Assembly (NCBI GenBank): GCA_964600295.1 | Contig: CAZRIY010000001.1 | Coordinates: 169,733 to 233,732 of the forward strand | Direction: 5' to 3' | Source: an uncultured Candidatus Saccharibacteria bacterium | GTDB taxonomy: Bacteria; Patescibacteriota; Saccharimonadia; CAZHVB01 | DNA length: 64,000 bases | Shown: piece after piece, positions 53,499 through 63,823 of the stretch | Numbering within the stretch: position 1 is the stretch's first letter | Layout: every line of letters starts with the position of its first letter | Notes under the pieces: model-generated | Told to the model about the DNA's origin: nothing | Database searches by the model: none | What the model saw: the letters and a program-made list of their open reading frames with translations, nothing else | Position numbers and translations under genes: made by a program

Positions 53499-53734
53499 TT
53501 ACCGGCGATCTACTCGGCCAAGTGACATCTGTTGTAGAACAGTACCTGGGCCCGGCGGCCGACCGTTTTGTTAAGCGCCAGATCCTATTCCATTTGGCTA
53601 AAAATCCCGAGGATATTGAAAAGTACGACCTACCCGAGCTTACAGAATGGATAAAAATATCGATGAGTTTTGTAACCGAAGACAAAACCGCCATCAATAA
53701 CTGTGAGGCCGAAATACTCAAGCTGGTTAGATAA
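53495..53734 (+). CDS. Small hypothetical protein, translationally coupled (ATGA overlap) to the upstream membrane protein
   Basis: 79 aa, soluble. Confidence 0.3.
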   Translation: MITGDLLGQVTSVVEQYLGPAADRFVKRQILFHLAKNPEDIEKYDLPELTEWIKISMSFVTEDKTAINNCEAEILKLVR

Positions 53735-53763
53735 TTTTAAAGTAGAATGGATTTAGTTGACGG

Positions 53764-54360
53764 CTAAAACCAGAGGTGGTGCCAGCGAGCCCGCCAACCT
53801 GATTGGTCCTGACCGGCGCAGGCCGCCGGGTCATCTTGGCTGTTAAAAGTGGCGGCCGAATCTGCAACCGACTGATATTCGGTTTCAGCTTGCGGTGCTG
53901 CTCCATAACTTACCAGCAGTTTATCGCGGCTTTGAATCACCCGGCTGGCCACGTCTTCCTGTCTGACTTCGTTGAGTATAAAAGTTAGTTCGCCGCCCCG
54001 ACCGTCAACATAGATAGTATTAGTATTCTTTAAGGCTAAGCCGCTAACTGACCAGCCCAAGTTTTCAAAAAATTGACCCCAAGTTACGCCCTGATCCTCA
54101 ACGTGAGCCACATCATTGACCGAATCGTGCATATGAGCGCGATGCAGTGGGTTGGCACTGGCGTTAGCGTCACAGCTCAAGACTTCCTGGTAATAACCCG
54201 GGGAGCTAAATTGTTCGCGTGCTCCATTGATGTAGACAGCGAAATTGGCGTGATAGTGAACCGATTCATCCCGGTAACCAAACCAGCGGACAGCGGCAAA
54301 CAGCAACAGGCCCAGCAGTAATCCTAAGACCAAATAGGCGACCGGCTTAAGTTTTGGCAT
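53764..54360 (-). CDS. Secreted His-rich hypothetical protein (possible metal-binding)
   Basis: Signal anchor VAYLVLGLLLGLLLFAAV; VHYHANF...HRAHMHDSVNDVAHVED His clusters. Confidence 0.3.
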   Translation of the reverse strand: MPKLKPVAYLVLGLLLGLLLFAAVRWFGYRDESVHYHANFAVYINGAREQFSSPGYYQEVLSCDANASANPLHRAHMHDSVNDVAHVEDQGVTWGQFFENLGWSVSGLALKNTNTIYVDGRGGELTFILNEVRQEDVASRVIQSRDKLLVSYGAAPQAETEYQSVADSAATFNSQDDPAACAGQDQSGWRARWHHLWF

Positions 54361-54636
54361 GGGTTTAGTATACCTAAACTTTTAGCCCCAGCTTATTAAT
54401 TGACAGCTACCCAGCCAATCAGTCATAGTAGGACTAATTGGAAGTTGCCCCGGTGGCGACTAGCCAAAACAAAAACTTAAAAATAAGGAGACGCTCAAAG
54501 ATGGCTATCAAATTGGTCTATCAACCACGGGTGCATCAAATCAAAGTCATCCTTCGACAACCGGCCTAAGGTCTGCTCAGGATGACCCTGAGCAAAGTCG
54601 AATGGGTCAAAGTTAGCCAACCGGCCTAGTTTTTTG

Positions 54637-55248
54637 CTAAGTCCTGGCCAGCAGTATCACCACCAGGATGCCAAAAGCGTTCAATAGGAAGGCTAAAGCT
54701 AGGAACTGCCAGGTTTTGATTTTGGAAATCCCCATTAGGGTAATGCCCAGTTCATCGGGAAACGGTGAGGCTATAACTAGCGCTCCGATTACCGGAGTAA
54801 GCCAGGCAAAATATGGCGTTCTGAAGATATTGAATTTTCGCCAGGAGGCGAGTTTTTGGCCCAATGGCCGCAGCTCTTCGAACACGCGATCTTTGAGGTA
54901 GCGGAAGACGATATAATCACCCAGGACAGCGCCAGCCCCCGCCAAAACGGCAATCTCGTACGGATTCAAAACTTCGGCTAGATGATACAAAATTACACCC
55001 GCTGGCGCCACCGTAAAAGTGGAGACAAATAGGAGACCGGCTATCAAGGCGCCCAGGTAGCCCAACCCGCCAACCGACTTTATCAAATCATCAATAGCGG
55101 GCAGACCAAGTAGGTAAATAAATACCCCTAAACTTAGTAGCAGCAAGGCGATATTTTTGTAATGCCAATAGCGCCAGCGGATCTCAAGCTTTAGTCGCTT
55201 CATTTCCAGTTTATGTAATTCCGCTTGGGATAGTTTTAACCGGCGCAT
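54637..55248 (-). CDS. Membrane protein, hypothetical (4-5 TM)
   Basis: 203 aa hydrophobic protein. Confidence 0.35.
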   Translation of the reverse strand: MRRLKLSQAELHKLEMKRLKLEIRWRYWHYKNIALLLLSLGVFIYLLGLPAIDDLIKSVGGLGYLGALIAGLLFVSTFTVAPAGVILYHLAEVLNPYEIAVLAGAGAVLGDYIVFRYLKDRVFEELRPLGQKLASWRKFNIFRTPYFAWLTPVIGALVIASPFPDELGITLMGISKIKTWQFLALAFLLNAFGILVVILLART

Positions 55249-55497
55249 TGCTGTCTATCTTAGAACGATGAAGCCACCGCCAGCAATGATAAAGCTTGGT
55301 ACTCGAAGGCAAGGGGCCGGAGTTGCGGTAAGCGCTTAAGCCGCGGTACGCTAGCGGTATATACCAGGGTTGTCCGGCTTTCGATATTGCTGGTTATTTT
55401 TCCTGTCAAACCCCTGATATAGTAGTATCAGATTGGATCAGATATTGCCTATGCTCAAATCTCACAATAGAAAAATAAATCGAAAGCCGTTTGCGTA

Positions 55498-57183
55498 ATG
55501 GAAGCCGGTATCTTTGCAGAGATTAGTTTAATCCTGGCAATCGCCACTGTAATTGCCGCCCTTACCCAGCTACTCAAGCAGCCTATAATTATCGGCCACA
55601 TTCTGACCGGTATCCTGGTGGGTCCGGCTGTGCTCAACCTGGTTAAATCAACCGAAACGGTGGAGCTATTTTCCCATATCGGGGTAGCTTTGCTGCTGTT
55701 TATTATTGGTCTGGGGCTAAATCCGCGGGTAATTAAAGAAGTGGGTAAGGTAGCTCTCTTAACCGGTCTGGGTCAGATCGTGGTTACCAGCATCATCGGC
55801 TTTGGGTTGGCCAGATTGCTGGGCTTTAGCAGCGTGGTGGCGCTGTATATTGCCGTGGGGCTGACTTTTTCTAGTACCATCATAATTCTGAAGATTTTAT
55901 CTGATAAAAAGGAACAGCATCGGTTGTACGGCAAAATTACCACCGGTTTCTTGCTGGTCCAAGACATTATTGCCATTACCATCCTGATGGCGGTATCTAG
56001 CCTGGCCCAAGAACAAACCAGCACGCTGACCGTTGCCCTAACCCTGGCCAAGGGGATGGCTGCTCTAGGGATTCTGGTCTTTATCTCGGTTTATATCTTG
56101 CCCCGTCTGGCCAATTTCATCTCTCGTTCCCAAGAATTTTTGTTCCTGTTCAGCTTGGGCTGGGGACTGGGTATTGCCTCACTGGCGGCTATTCTAGGGT
56201 TCTCATTTGAAATTGGGGCGCTAGCGGCCGGCGTAGCTTTAGCCTCCACCCCCTACAGCTACGAAATTAGCTCGCGAATGCGGCCGTTGCGCGATTTCTT
56301 CGTCATTCTCTTTTTCATTATTCTGGGCACCAGCGTCAGCCTAACTAGTTCGGCTGGGATATTACTGCCAGTAGTTCTGTTCTCGGCCTACGTGTTGCTG
56401 GGTAATCCGCTACTCATGATGGCTTTGATGGGGAGCTTGGGCTATACCAAAAAAACCAGTTTCAAGGCCGGTTTGACCGTGGCTCAAATTAGCGAATTTT
56501 CGCTAATCCTGATCCTACTGGGTAATCGGCTGGGGCATTTGCCCGATGGAGTGGTGGCCATCATGACCTTGGTGGGGATTATCACTATTGCCGGCTCAAC
56601 TTATATGATGCTCTACGATGACCAGCTTTACCGGAAGCTGGCACCTTGGCTGGGGGTGTTTGAACGCGGCAAGCTCAAACGTGTGGGAGCCGATGATAAG
56701 CCCCACGACATTGTGCTTTTCGGCTACAAAGCCGGCGGACATGGCTTTATCAAAGCTTTCAAAAGGTTGGGGCGTAGCTACCTGGTGGTTGATTACGACC
56801 CAGAAACCATTGATCATCTGAAGGCCCAGGACATAGATTGCCAATATGGTGATGCCAACGATCCAGAGTTTTTGGAAGAATTAAATTTGGGGAGAGTTCG
56901 GTTGGTAATCATCAACCTGACCGATTTTGCTACCAACGCTTTGATCGTCGATGAAACCCGCGCCCGGAGCCGCCGCGCCATTGTGATTGCCATGACCAAA
57001 ACCGACGATAAAATCGAGGAAGCTCTGGAGCTGTACGACCGCGGGGCCAGCTACGTGATGATGCCGCGTTATCTCAGCAGTCTCAAAGTCGGCAATCTGT
57101 TGAAACGCTATGAATTCAACGCCAGCGGTTTTGAGCGAGCCGCCGGCCGCCACCAAAAAGTTTTACATTCAGTACGAGATTAG
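55498..57183 (+). CDS. Cation:proton antiporter (CPA2, Kef-type) with C-terminal RCK/TrkA-N domain
   Basis: N-terminal Na+/H+ exchanger membrane domain (13 TM) plus a C-terminal Rossmann-like domain (IVLFGYKAGGHGFIKAF). Confidence 0.8.
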   Translation: MEAGIFAEISLILAIATVIAALTQLLKQPIIIGHILTGILVGPAVLNLVKSTETVELFSHIGVALLLFIIGLGLNPRVIKEVGKVALLTGLGQIVVTSIIGFGLARLLGFSSVVALYIAVGLTFSSTIIILKILSDKKEQHRLYGKITTGFLLVQDIIAITILMAVSSLAQEQTSTLTVALTLAKGMAALGILVFISVYILPRLANFISRSQEFLFLFSLGWGLGIASLAAILGFSFEIGALAAGVALASTPYSYEISSRMRPLRDFFVILFFIILGTSVSLTSSAGILLPVVLFSAYVLLGNPLLMMALMGSLGYTKKTSFKAGLTVAQISEFSLILILLGNRLGHLPDGVVAIMTLVGIITIAGSTYMMLYDDQLYRKLAPWLGVFERGKLKRVGADDKPHDIVLFGYKAGGHGFIKAFKRLGRSYLVVDYDPETIDHLKAQDIDCQYGDANDPEFLEELNLGRVRLVIINLTDFATNALIVDETRARSRRAIVIAMTKTDDKIEEALELYDRGASYVMMPRYLSSLKVGNLLKRYEFNASGFERAAGRHQKVLHSVRD

Positions 57184-57830
57184 CCGCCGGCTTGGGCCAG
57201 TGCGGCTTCTATCTTGGCTTTGAGCTCTTCGTAAGAACGGGGATTGGGCTCAAGTTTTTGTCCGTCGAGTATAAAGGTGGGAGTACCAGTAGCCCCAGCC
57301 GCTTTGCCAAGTTCAATATCTCCATTAATGCGGTCGGTAGTTGACCCTTCGCTATAGGCAGTATTGAACTGTTCAAGATTTAAACCGAGCTCGCCCGCGT
57401 AGTCCCGAAACAGCTGCTGAGCTGAAGTGCTGGATGCCCATTTGTCTTGACGTTCATAGAGCAAGTCGTGCATTTCAAAAAATTTACCTTGAGTTCCGGC
57501 AGCTTCGGCCGCTCGCGACCCGGCAAAGGCGTTGGGGTGGATGGCGGCGATAGGGAAATGCCGGAAAACCAGTCGCACCCGATCGCCATACTCGTCCAGC
57601 AGCTGCTTTACCAAAGGAAAAGCAGCTTTGCAAGCTGGACATTGGAAGTCCCCGTACTCGACTAGCGTTACTTTGGCCTGGGGATTTCCGCGTATATGCT
57701 CATCAGGACGGATTTCCTGGTGATTGGCTGTGTTGGTACTAGGCTCACCCCCGCTGTTATTAAACAGGGCAAAGGCGCCGATGAGCGTGCCAACTGTCAA
57801 AATCAGTATTAACCAAAAGCCTTTTTTCAT
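57180..57830 (-). CDS. DsbA-family thiol:disulfide oxidoreductase (thioredoxin fold)
   Basis: N-terminal anchor, CPAC active site (GDFQCPACKAAFP), conserved cis-Pro region. Confidence 0.75.
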   Translation of the reverse strand: MKKGFWLILILTVGTLIGAFALFNNSGGEPSTNTANHQEIRPDEHIRGNPQAKVTLVEYGDFQCPACKAAFPLVKQLLDEYGDRVRLVFRHFPIAAIHPNAFAGSRAAEAAGTQGKFFEMHDLLYERQDKWASSTSAQQLFRDYAGELGLNLEQFNTAYSEGSTTDRINGDIELGKAAGATGTPTFILDGQKLEPNPRSYEELKAKIEAALAQAGG

Positions 57831-57904
57831 AATCTACTCTGGTATGTTAGCAAAAAGCCCGAGTTATCACCAATCGCCAATAGTAGGCTAAAATAGCGGA
57901 AGAC

Positions 57905-59215
57905 ATGCGAGTTTTGAGCGCAGAGCTAACCAAACACAAAGGTAAGACAATAGAGCTATCGGGCTGGCTGCACAAAAAACGCCAGCTGGGGGCCATTACC
58001 TTTATTTTGCTGCGCGATCGCAGCGGCCTGGCCCAGCTTAAATTGGAAGATAAACCTGAAGTAGCCAAACTTAGGGGTTTGCAAATTGGTACGGTGTTAA
58101 GCGTGCGTGGCAAAGTGACGGTGGAAGCCCGCGCTCCTGGCGGTTTAGAAATTCAGCAGCCGACTCTTGAGGTAATTGTGCCAGTAACCGAAACCCCGCC
58201 GATTGAATTTGACAAACCGATTGATCACAAGCCCGACAATCTCGACACCTTGTTTGAGAACCGGGTTTATAACCTGCGCAACCCGGCTGAGCAAAAGATC
58301 TTCAAATTGCGTGCTAGTTTGATTGGCTATATCCGCGGCTTCCTAAACCAGCATGATTTCGTAGAGATCCAGACACCGAAGCTGTTGGCTGGGGCCACCG
58401 AGGGCGGAGCCGAAGTTTTTAAACTTGATTATTTCGGCCAAGAAGCTACGCTGGCCCAATCACCCCAGTTGTACAAGCAAATGCTGGTTGGTGCCTACGA
58501 GCGAGTTTATGAAATTGGTCCAGCCTTCAGAGCTGAGCCATCGATGACCACCCGCCATATGAGTGAATCGACCATGCTCGACATTGAGATGGGCTTTATC
58601 GAGGATCACGAAGACGTTTTGCAAATGACGGAACAGCTGGTCTATGAAGTACTGAGCCGGACTTACAAAGAGCATGCCGCCGATCTCAAAGCCCTGGGGG
58701 CTCCGTCGCTAACCATCAGCCAACAGTTTCCCCGGTTCAGCGTGGCCGAAGTTCACAAACTCTATAGCCATGACAGTGGTCAAGATACTAGCCGCGAAAA
58801 AGACTTGCTGCCGGCAGAGGAACGTTGGATTTGCCAATATGCACTTAGCAAGCACGGCTCAGAAGCGGTTTTTGTCAAAGATTTCCCGGTGGAAGCCATG
58901 AAGTTTTACCACATGATCAACCCGGACAACGCCAAAACTGTGCTGTGGGCGGATCTGCTGTTTCGCGGTATCGAGATTGCCACAGTGCCCCAGCGCGAAC
59001 ATCGCCACGAACAATTGGTTAAGCAGATTAAAGCCGCCGGACTTGATCCGGCCCACCCCGCCTACAAGTATTTTTTGCAAGCTTTCAAAGCTGGCCTGCC
59101 GCCCCATGGCGGTTTTGGTTTTGGCATTGACCGCTTGGTACAAACCGTAATTGGGCTGAATAACGTCAAAGAAGCCACGCTATTCCCGCGCGATATTAAT
59201 CGGCTGGCTCCTTAG
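57905..59215 (+). CDS. Class IIb aminoacyl-tRNA synthetase, archaeal/eukaryal-type AspRS (or AsnRS)
   Basis: 436 aa; N-terminal OB anticodon-binding domain; motif 2 FRAEPSMTTRHMSE; motif 3 GLPPHGGFGFGIDRLV. Confidence 0.75.
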   Translation: MRVLSAELTKHKGKTIELSGWLHKKRQLGAITFILLRDRSGLAQLKLEDKPEVAKLRGLQIGTVLSVRGKVTVEARAPGGLEIQQPTLEVIVPVTETPPIEFDKPIDHKPDNLDTLFENRVYNLRNPAEQKIFKLRASLIGYIRGFLNQHDFVEIQTPKLLAGATEGGAEVFKLDYFGQEATLAQSPQLYKQMLVGAYERVYEIGPAFRAEPSMTTRHMSESTMLDIEMGFIEDHEDVLQMTEQLVYEVLSRTYKEHAADLKALGAPSLTISQQFPRFSVAEVHKLYSHDSGQDTSREKDLLPAEERWICQYALSKHGSEAVFVKDFPVEAMKFYHMINPDNAKTVLWADLLFRGIEIATVPQREHRHEQLVKQIKAAGLDPAHPAYKYFLQAFKAGLPPHGGFGFGIDRLVQTVIGLNNVKEATLFPRDINRLAP

Positions 59216-59538
59216 GCTTTAGGTTTGGGCGAGCGGCTCTTGGGACCAGCGGGTCTGGCCGGCCGATAAGTCTTCTTGACTACGAAGTAATAAACTAGTG
59301 CTCCAATCAGCCACATACCAAAGAAAAAAGACACCAGCAGAATCAAGATCCAAACTGGCTTATCCGCGATATTATTCTTTACGGCGTGAATCAACATCAT
59401 CAGCCAAAACCCCAAGCTAATCAGCATTACCAAGCCAAGCATGATTAACAGAATCATAGCGGCCACGCTCACGCCCAACCAGGCATGCTCGGGTATATCA
59501 TCAGTGCGATAATGGGCCAAAGCCAGTTGGGGCACCAA
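59212..59538 (-). CDS. Small membrane protein, hypothetical
   Basis: 108 aa, 2-3 TM, basic C-terminal tail. Confidence 0.3.
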   Translation of the reverse strand: MVPQLALAHYRTDDIPEHAWLGVSVAAMILLIMLGLVMLISLGFWLMMLIHAVKNNIADKPVWILILLVSFFFGMWLIGALVYYFVVKKTYRPARPAGPKSRSPKPKA

Positions 59539-59602
59539 AGTCGTTATTAAACCCGGAAAGCTTCAGATAAATTTTTGCAAACTATATTTATGATAACAAA
59601 AA

Positions 59603-60241
59603 CTAAGAGCGGTACCAGAGCTTAGACTTGATCCAGCCGATCAATCTTTGGCGCTCCCGAGGGTGGCGGAATAAATGAATCAGCGAAGGTGAGATTGATA
59701 GCAAAATGATTAGGCCAATAATCGGTACCAAATAACGGTCGATGTTTGGTATGCGTTGGCCAAGATAGTAGCCGAGCAGGGGCAGGCTCAGGCTCCAAAC
59801 CAACCCGCCAACCAGATTAAAGATTACGAAACGGCGATAGGGCATTTTGCCGACCCCGGCCAGTACCGGCGCAAAAGTTCTAACTATCGGGGTAAAACGA
59901 GCTAGAATTAGGGTTTTGCCACCATACTTGTCGTAAAAGTGTTCAGAGCGTTTTAGATGCTCGAGGTTAAATATACGGGCATCTTTGCGCTTGAAAACTC
60001 GGTGGCCAAAGCGGCGTCCCAGCGAGTAGCCCACGTTATCCCCGAGCACCGCCGCGATAAATACCAGTACCACTACAGCAGTTATGTCTAGCAATTGCTG
60101 GCTGGCCAAAAACCCGGCGGTAAACAGCAAACTATCCCCAGGTAGGAAGAAGCCCACCAATAGGCCCGATTCCACAAAAACGATTATGAACAGGCCGACG
60201 TAGCCCGTGGCCTGCAGAATCGAAACTGGGTCCAAGTGCAT
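59603..60241 (-). CDS. DedA-family membrane protein
   Basis: GYVGLFIIVFVESGLLVGFFLPGDSLLFTAGFLA is the DedA/SNARE-associated signature. Confidence 0.75.
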   Translation of the reverse strand: MHLDPVSILQATGYVGLFIIVFVESGLLVGFFLPGDSLLFTAGFLASQQLLDITAVVVLVFIAAVLGDNVGYSLGRRFGHRVFKRKDARIFNLEHLKRSEHFYDKYGGKTLILARFTPIVRTFAPVLAGVGKMPYRRFVIFNLVGGLVWSLSLPLLGYYLGQRIPNIDRYLVPIIGLIILLSISPSLIHLFRHPRERQRLIGWIKSKLWYRS

Positions 60242-60297
60242 AATCCTAATACTACTACAAGGCCACCCCAGCCCACCGGCTGATATATTATGGGTAT

Positions 60298-60723
60298 ATG
60301 GCCAAATCTAGAAGTGTCCGCCGGGAGGGCGCCCGACCAAAAGAGCGGGCGGCCCAACGGATGGAGCAGGCAGTTGAAGCAATGACATTGGCCGGCAAGA
60401 TGCAGGCCGGTAGCTTTGTAGAATTCATTCGGGAACGCGGCGTAGTTGGCTTGGCGGTCGGTGTCATCTTGGGTTCTTCGGTAACCGCTGCCGCCCATTC
60501 CTTTGTGGATAATGTGATTGATCCGGTTTTGGCGCTCCTGATCGGTTCAGAAAACCGGCTTGATCAAGCCACCATTCATCTGTCCACGGCCGAGATTCGG
60601 ATTGGACATTTCATCAGCGCCTTGATTGATGTGCTGCTGCTAATCTTGTTGTTATATATCGTCTTTAGGCTATTGCGCCTGGATAAGCTGGATAAAAAGC
60701 AGCCACGAGTTCGCGACGACTAG
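60298..60723 (+). CDS. MscL-family mechanosensitive channel, second paralog
   Basis: FIRERGVVGLAVGVILGSSVTAAAHSFVDNVIDPVLALLIG is MscL TM1. The real start is probably an internal Met (60361/60382/60400) rather than the track start. Confidence 0.65.
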   Translation: MAKSRSVRREGARPKERAAQRMEQAVEAMTLAGKMQAGSFVEFIRERGVVGLAVGVILGSSVTAAAHSFVDNVIDPVLALLIGSENRLDQATIHLSTAEIRIGHFISALIDVLLLILLLYIVFRLLRLDKLDKKQPRVRDD

Positions 60724-60729
60724 ACTAGG

Positions 60730-63234
60730 TTAGTTGGCTCTACGCAACCACCATTTGTGAAGATCGCCGACCGCCATGGTAATCAGCGCGGCCGGAATCA
60801 GGATCAGCAATTGAGCGGGACTGACGGCCACAGTGCCGATGTAGTTTTGCAACGGCCCATAGACGGCCAGGCCAACCAGAACGGCTCCAATTGCTACGCC
60901 GTACCATAAGTGGTGGCGCGGCCGAATAAACCCCCACCAGCTATATTCATACTCACTGCGGCTGTTAAAACCAGTAGCCCACTGCACGGTACACAGACTC
61001 AAAAAAGCCATGGTGCGCCCTAGTTCTAAATTCTGGTTCGAAAAGTAAACAAAAACTGCCACTGAGCAGGCGGCCATAACTATAACTGTCAAAATTAAGC
61101 GGCTTAGCAAATGGTTGCTCAGCAGCGATTCGCGGGGTGAGCGGGGAGGGGACCGCATTTGCTTGGCCTCGGCCGCCTCCATACCCAAGGGAATAATCAT
61201 GGTGGTATCGGTCACCAGGTTTAGCCAGAGGATTTGGGCGGCCGTCATGACTAGCGGCAAACCCAGCACCAAGCCTCCAACCACGCTCAAGGCCTCGGCC
61301 AGATTGGTAGACAATTGGTAATAGATAATCTTACGTACATTGGCGTAGATGCGCCGTCCCTCGCGAATAGCTTCGACAATGGTTTGATAATTATCATCCA
61401 GCAGTACAATATCGGCTGCCTCCTTGGCCACGTCAGTTCCAGAACCCATGGCGATACCAACATCGGCCTTAGCTAGCGCCGGGGCATCGTTAACGCCATC
61501 TCCCGTCATGGCCGCAATTTCGGTTTGCTTCAAAGCTTGCAGCAGCCGAAATTTGTGCTCGGGCAAGACCCGGGCGAAAACTCGGGTTTTAGCTAGAAGC
61601 CGACGCAAACCTGAGCCATCCGCCTTAACCAGTGCTTGGCCTTCAACCACCGCTTCCTGATCGCTAGCAATACCAACGGCTTGGCCAATGGTCCGGGCGG
61701 TATTCAAGTGATCGCCGGTTAACATATAAACTTTGATGCCAGCCGCCCGAGTCTGCTCAACCGCCGATCTAGCTTCCTGGCGTAGCTGGTCGGCAAAGCC
61801 AATCAACCCCTCAAAATCCATATCCGCCAACTTCAAGCTGTCTAAATCTGCTGGAGGATGGCTCAAACGCAGTTTGGCAACGGCAATTACCCGCATATTA
61901 CCCGACGTCATCTGAGCTAGCTTGGTATTAAGTTTGTCCAATTGATCGGCCGATAAATCACAATCATCAATGATAGCTTCGGGTGCACCCTTAACATAAA
62001 CCCTAAATTCTTGATCCTTGCGCCAGGCGACGATGGTTAAACGGCGCTGGTTATCAAAACCCGATGACGCAATTTCGGTCCAATTGCCCGGAGCCGCTCG
62101 ACCTTCACTATATTGGGTGATTAATTTTTCGATTGGGTGAATTAGATCGGGATGAGCATGACTGACACTCAGCCAAAGGTCGGTATTGTCATCGGTTGAG
62201 AGGCTGCCGTCCAGATCCCAAAATTCGGCAATGGCCATCCGATTTTGGGTTAGGGTGCCGGTTTTATCGGTGGCAATAGCTGTTACCATGCCCAAAGTTT
62301 CAACCGCCGGCAGGTTGCGTACGAAGGCTTGTTTTCTGGCCATTCGCCGCACACCCAACAATAAAATAATCGTCAAAGTTACGGGCAACCCCTCCGGTAT
62401 GATCGATACCATCAGGGCAACTCCAAATCGCAGCAACTCCAGCGGGTCTTGTCCTTGCAGCCAGCCCAGACCCACGGCCAAAATTGACAGCCCCAAGCTG
62501 CCCAAAATCAGCCGTAGCGTCAAAGATTTGATCTTAGCGATAATCGGTGCTGGCTCAGATGGCTTGGCTGCCAGCTCGGCTATGCGACCAAATTCGGTGG
62601 TATCACCAATAGCAGTTACCAAGACTTCGGCCTGGCCAAATTCAACCAACGTGCCGGTAAAAACCATATTGGTTTGCTGGTAAATAAGGGGCTGTCCGTT
62701 CAAGCGTGCGCTATTTTTGGCTACCACGTTAGATTCGCCCGTTAGCGCTGACTCATTAATTCTCAAATCATAGGCTTCGAGCAGCCGCCCATCGGCCGGT
62801 ATCTTTTCGCCCTCCGATAGCAGCATAATATCGCCCGGTACCAAGCCGACACTGTCAATCTCTGATACCTTGCCCTCGCGCCGAACCCTGACAACCTTGG
62901 CGCTGTAACGGCGCAGGCTGGCCAAAACCCGCGCCGCCGATGCTCGCTGGAACCATTCAATTATGGCGTTGACCAAGATGACTAGCCCGATTACTGCCGC
63001 ATCGTTACGATGACCGATTGCCCAGCTAACCATCCCGCCTAGACCAAGTACAACCACAAATGCGCTGGTAAAAGGTTCCAGCACCAACCGCCACCATGGC
63101 GTTTTCAAGCGGTCGCGAATTAAATTTTCGCCATAACGAATTTGACGATTTCCAACTTCGGCAGAGGCTAATCCCTGACGGTTAGTTTTTAAAAGAGCCA
63201 TCGACTCTTCGACCGACAGACGGCAGAATTCCAT
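60730..63234 (-). CDS. P-type cation-transporting ATPase (type II, Ca2+/Mg2+-like)
   Basis: DKTGTLT phosphorylation motif; TGDGVNDAPAL hinge motif; N-terminal cation-ATPase domain; 8-10 TM. Confidence 0.85.
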   Translation of the reverse strand: MEFCRLSVEESMALLKTNRQGLASAEVGNRQIRYGENLIRDRLKTPWWRLVLEPFTSAFVVVLGLGGMVSWAIGHRNDAAVIGLVILVNAIIEWFQRASAARVLASLRRYSAKVVRVRREGKVSEIDSVGLVPGDIMLLSEGEKIPADGRLLEAYDLRINESALTGESNVVAKNSARLNGQPLIYQQTNMVFTGTLVEFGQAEVLVTAIGDTTEFGRIAELAAKPSEPAPIIAKIKSLTLRLILGSLGLSILAVGLGWLQGQDPLELLRFGVALMVSIIPEGLPVTLTIILLLGVRRMARKQAFVRNLPAVETLGMVTAIATDKTGTLTQNRMAIAEFWDLDGSLSTDDNTDLWLSVSHAHPDLIHPIEKLITQYSEGRAAPGNWTEIASSGFDNQRRLTIVAWRKDQEFRVYVKGAPEAIIDDCDLSADQLDKLNTKLAQMTSGNMRVIAVAKLRLSHPPADLDSLKLADMDFEGLIGFADQLRQEARSAVEQTRAAGIKVYMLTGDHLNTARTIGQAVGIASDQEAVVEGQALVKADGSGLRRLLAKTRVFARVLPEHKFRLLQALKQTEIAAMTGDGVNDAPALAKADVGIAMGSGTDVAKEAADIVLLDDNYQTIVEAIREGRRIYANVRKIIYYQLSTNLAEALSVVGGLVLGLPLVMTAAQILWLNLVTDTTMIIPLGMEAAEAKQMRSPPRSPRESLLSNHLLSRLILTVIVMAACSVAVFVYFSNQNLELGRTMAFLSLCTVQWATGFNSRSEYEYSWWGFIRPRHHLWYGVAIGAVLVGLAVYGPLQNYIGTVAVSPAQLLILIPAALITMAVGDLHKWWLRRAN

Positions 63235-63277
63235 GGTTTAAACTATACCGTTTTCAACCTAAGTTATACTACCTGAT

Positions 63278-63823
63278 ATGAAGCCGCGTTATCTGTTTAG
63301 CTTGGGAGTGGTGGCTGCCATTTTGGCAATCGTTGGTTTGCGTTCTAACGCCAGTCGCTCTATCGAACTCAAGGATGGTATTTTGCAAAAGGATCAGTCC
63401 GGCCTAGAAGTTAGCGCAGATTTAGACAGCTTGCGCCAGTTTGTTTTCTCGCATATGAATAGCTCGGTGCGCTTTGAGCTGAGTGGAGCTTATGACCGAG
63501 CCGTAGCGGCTGCTCGCGCGGGGTCGCAAAGCCATGTTAGCGGCGAGATCTATGCCCAAGCCCAAGCCGCTTGCGGCCCAGAAGTCGGTACCAACTCAGT
63601 GGCTCAGGTAGCCTGTGTGCAAGCCTATCTGGACAGCCATCTCAATCAGCCCAACACCACTCCGGTGAATCTGCCGCCTGCGGCCGAATACAACTTTGCC
63701 TACGCTGCCCCCACCTGGAGCCCGGATCTGGCGGGACTAGGAATTTTAACCGCGACAATACTAATACTGGGTGCTTTCACCAGCTATATCTGGCAATTAT
63801 TCAAAGCCCGGCCGCAAACTTAA
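63278..63823 (+). CDS. Hypothetical secreted/membrane-anchored protein
   Basis: N-terminal signal anchor and C-terminal TM; no recognised domain. Confidence 0.35.
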   Translation: MKPRYLFSLGVVAAILAIVGLRSNASRSIELKDGILQKDQSGLEVSADLDSLRQFVFSHMNSSVRFELSGAYDRAVAAARAGSQSHVSGEIYAQAQAACGPEVGTNSVAQVACVQAYLDSHLNQPNTTPVNLPPAAEYNFAYAAPTWSPDLAGLGILTATILILGAFTSYIWQLFKARPQT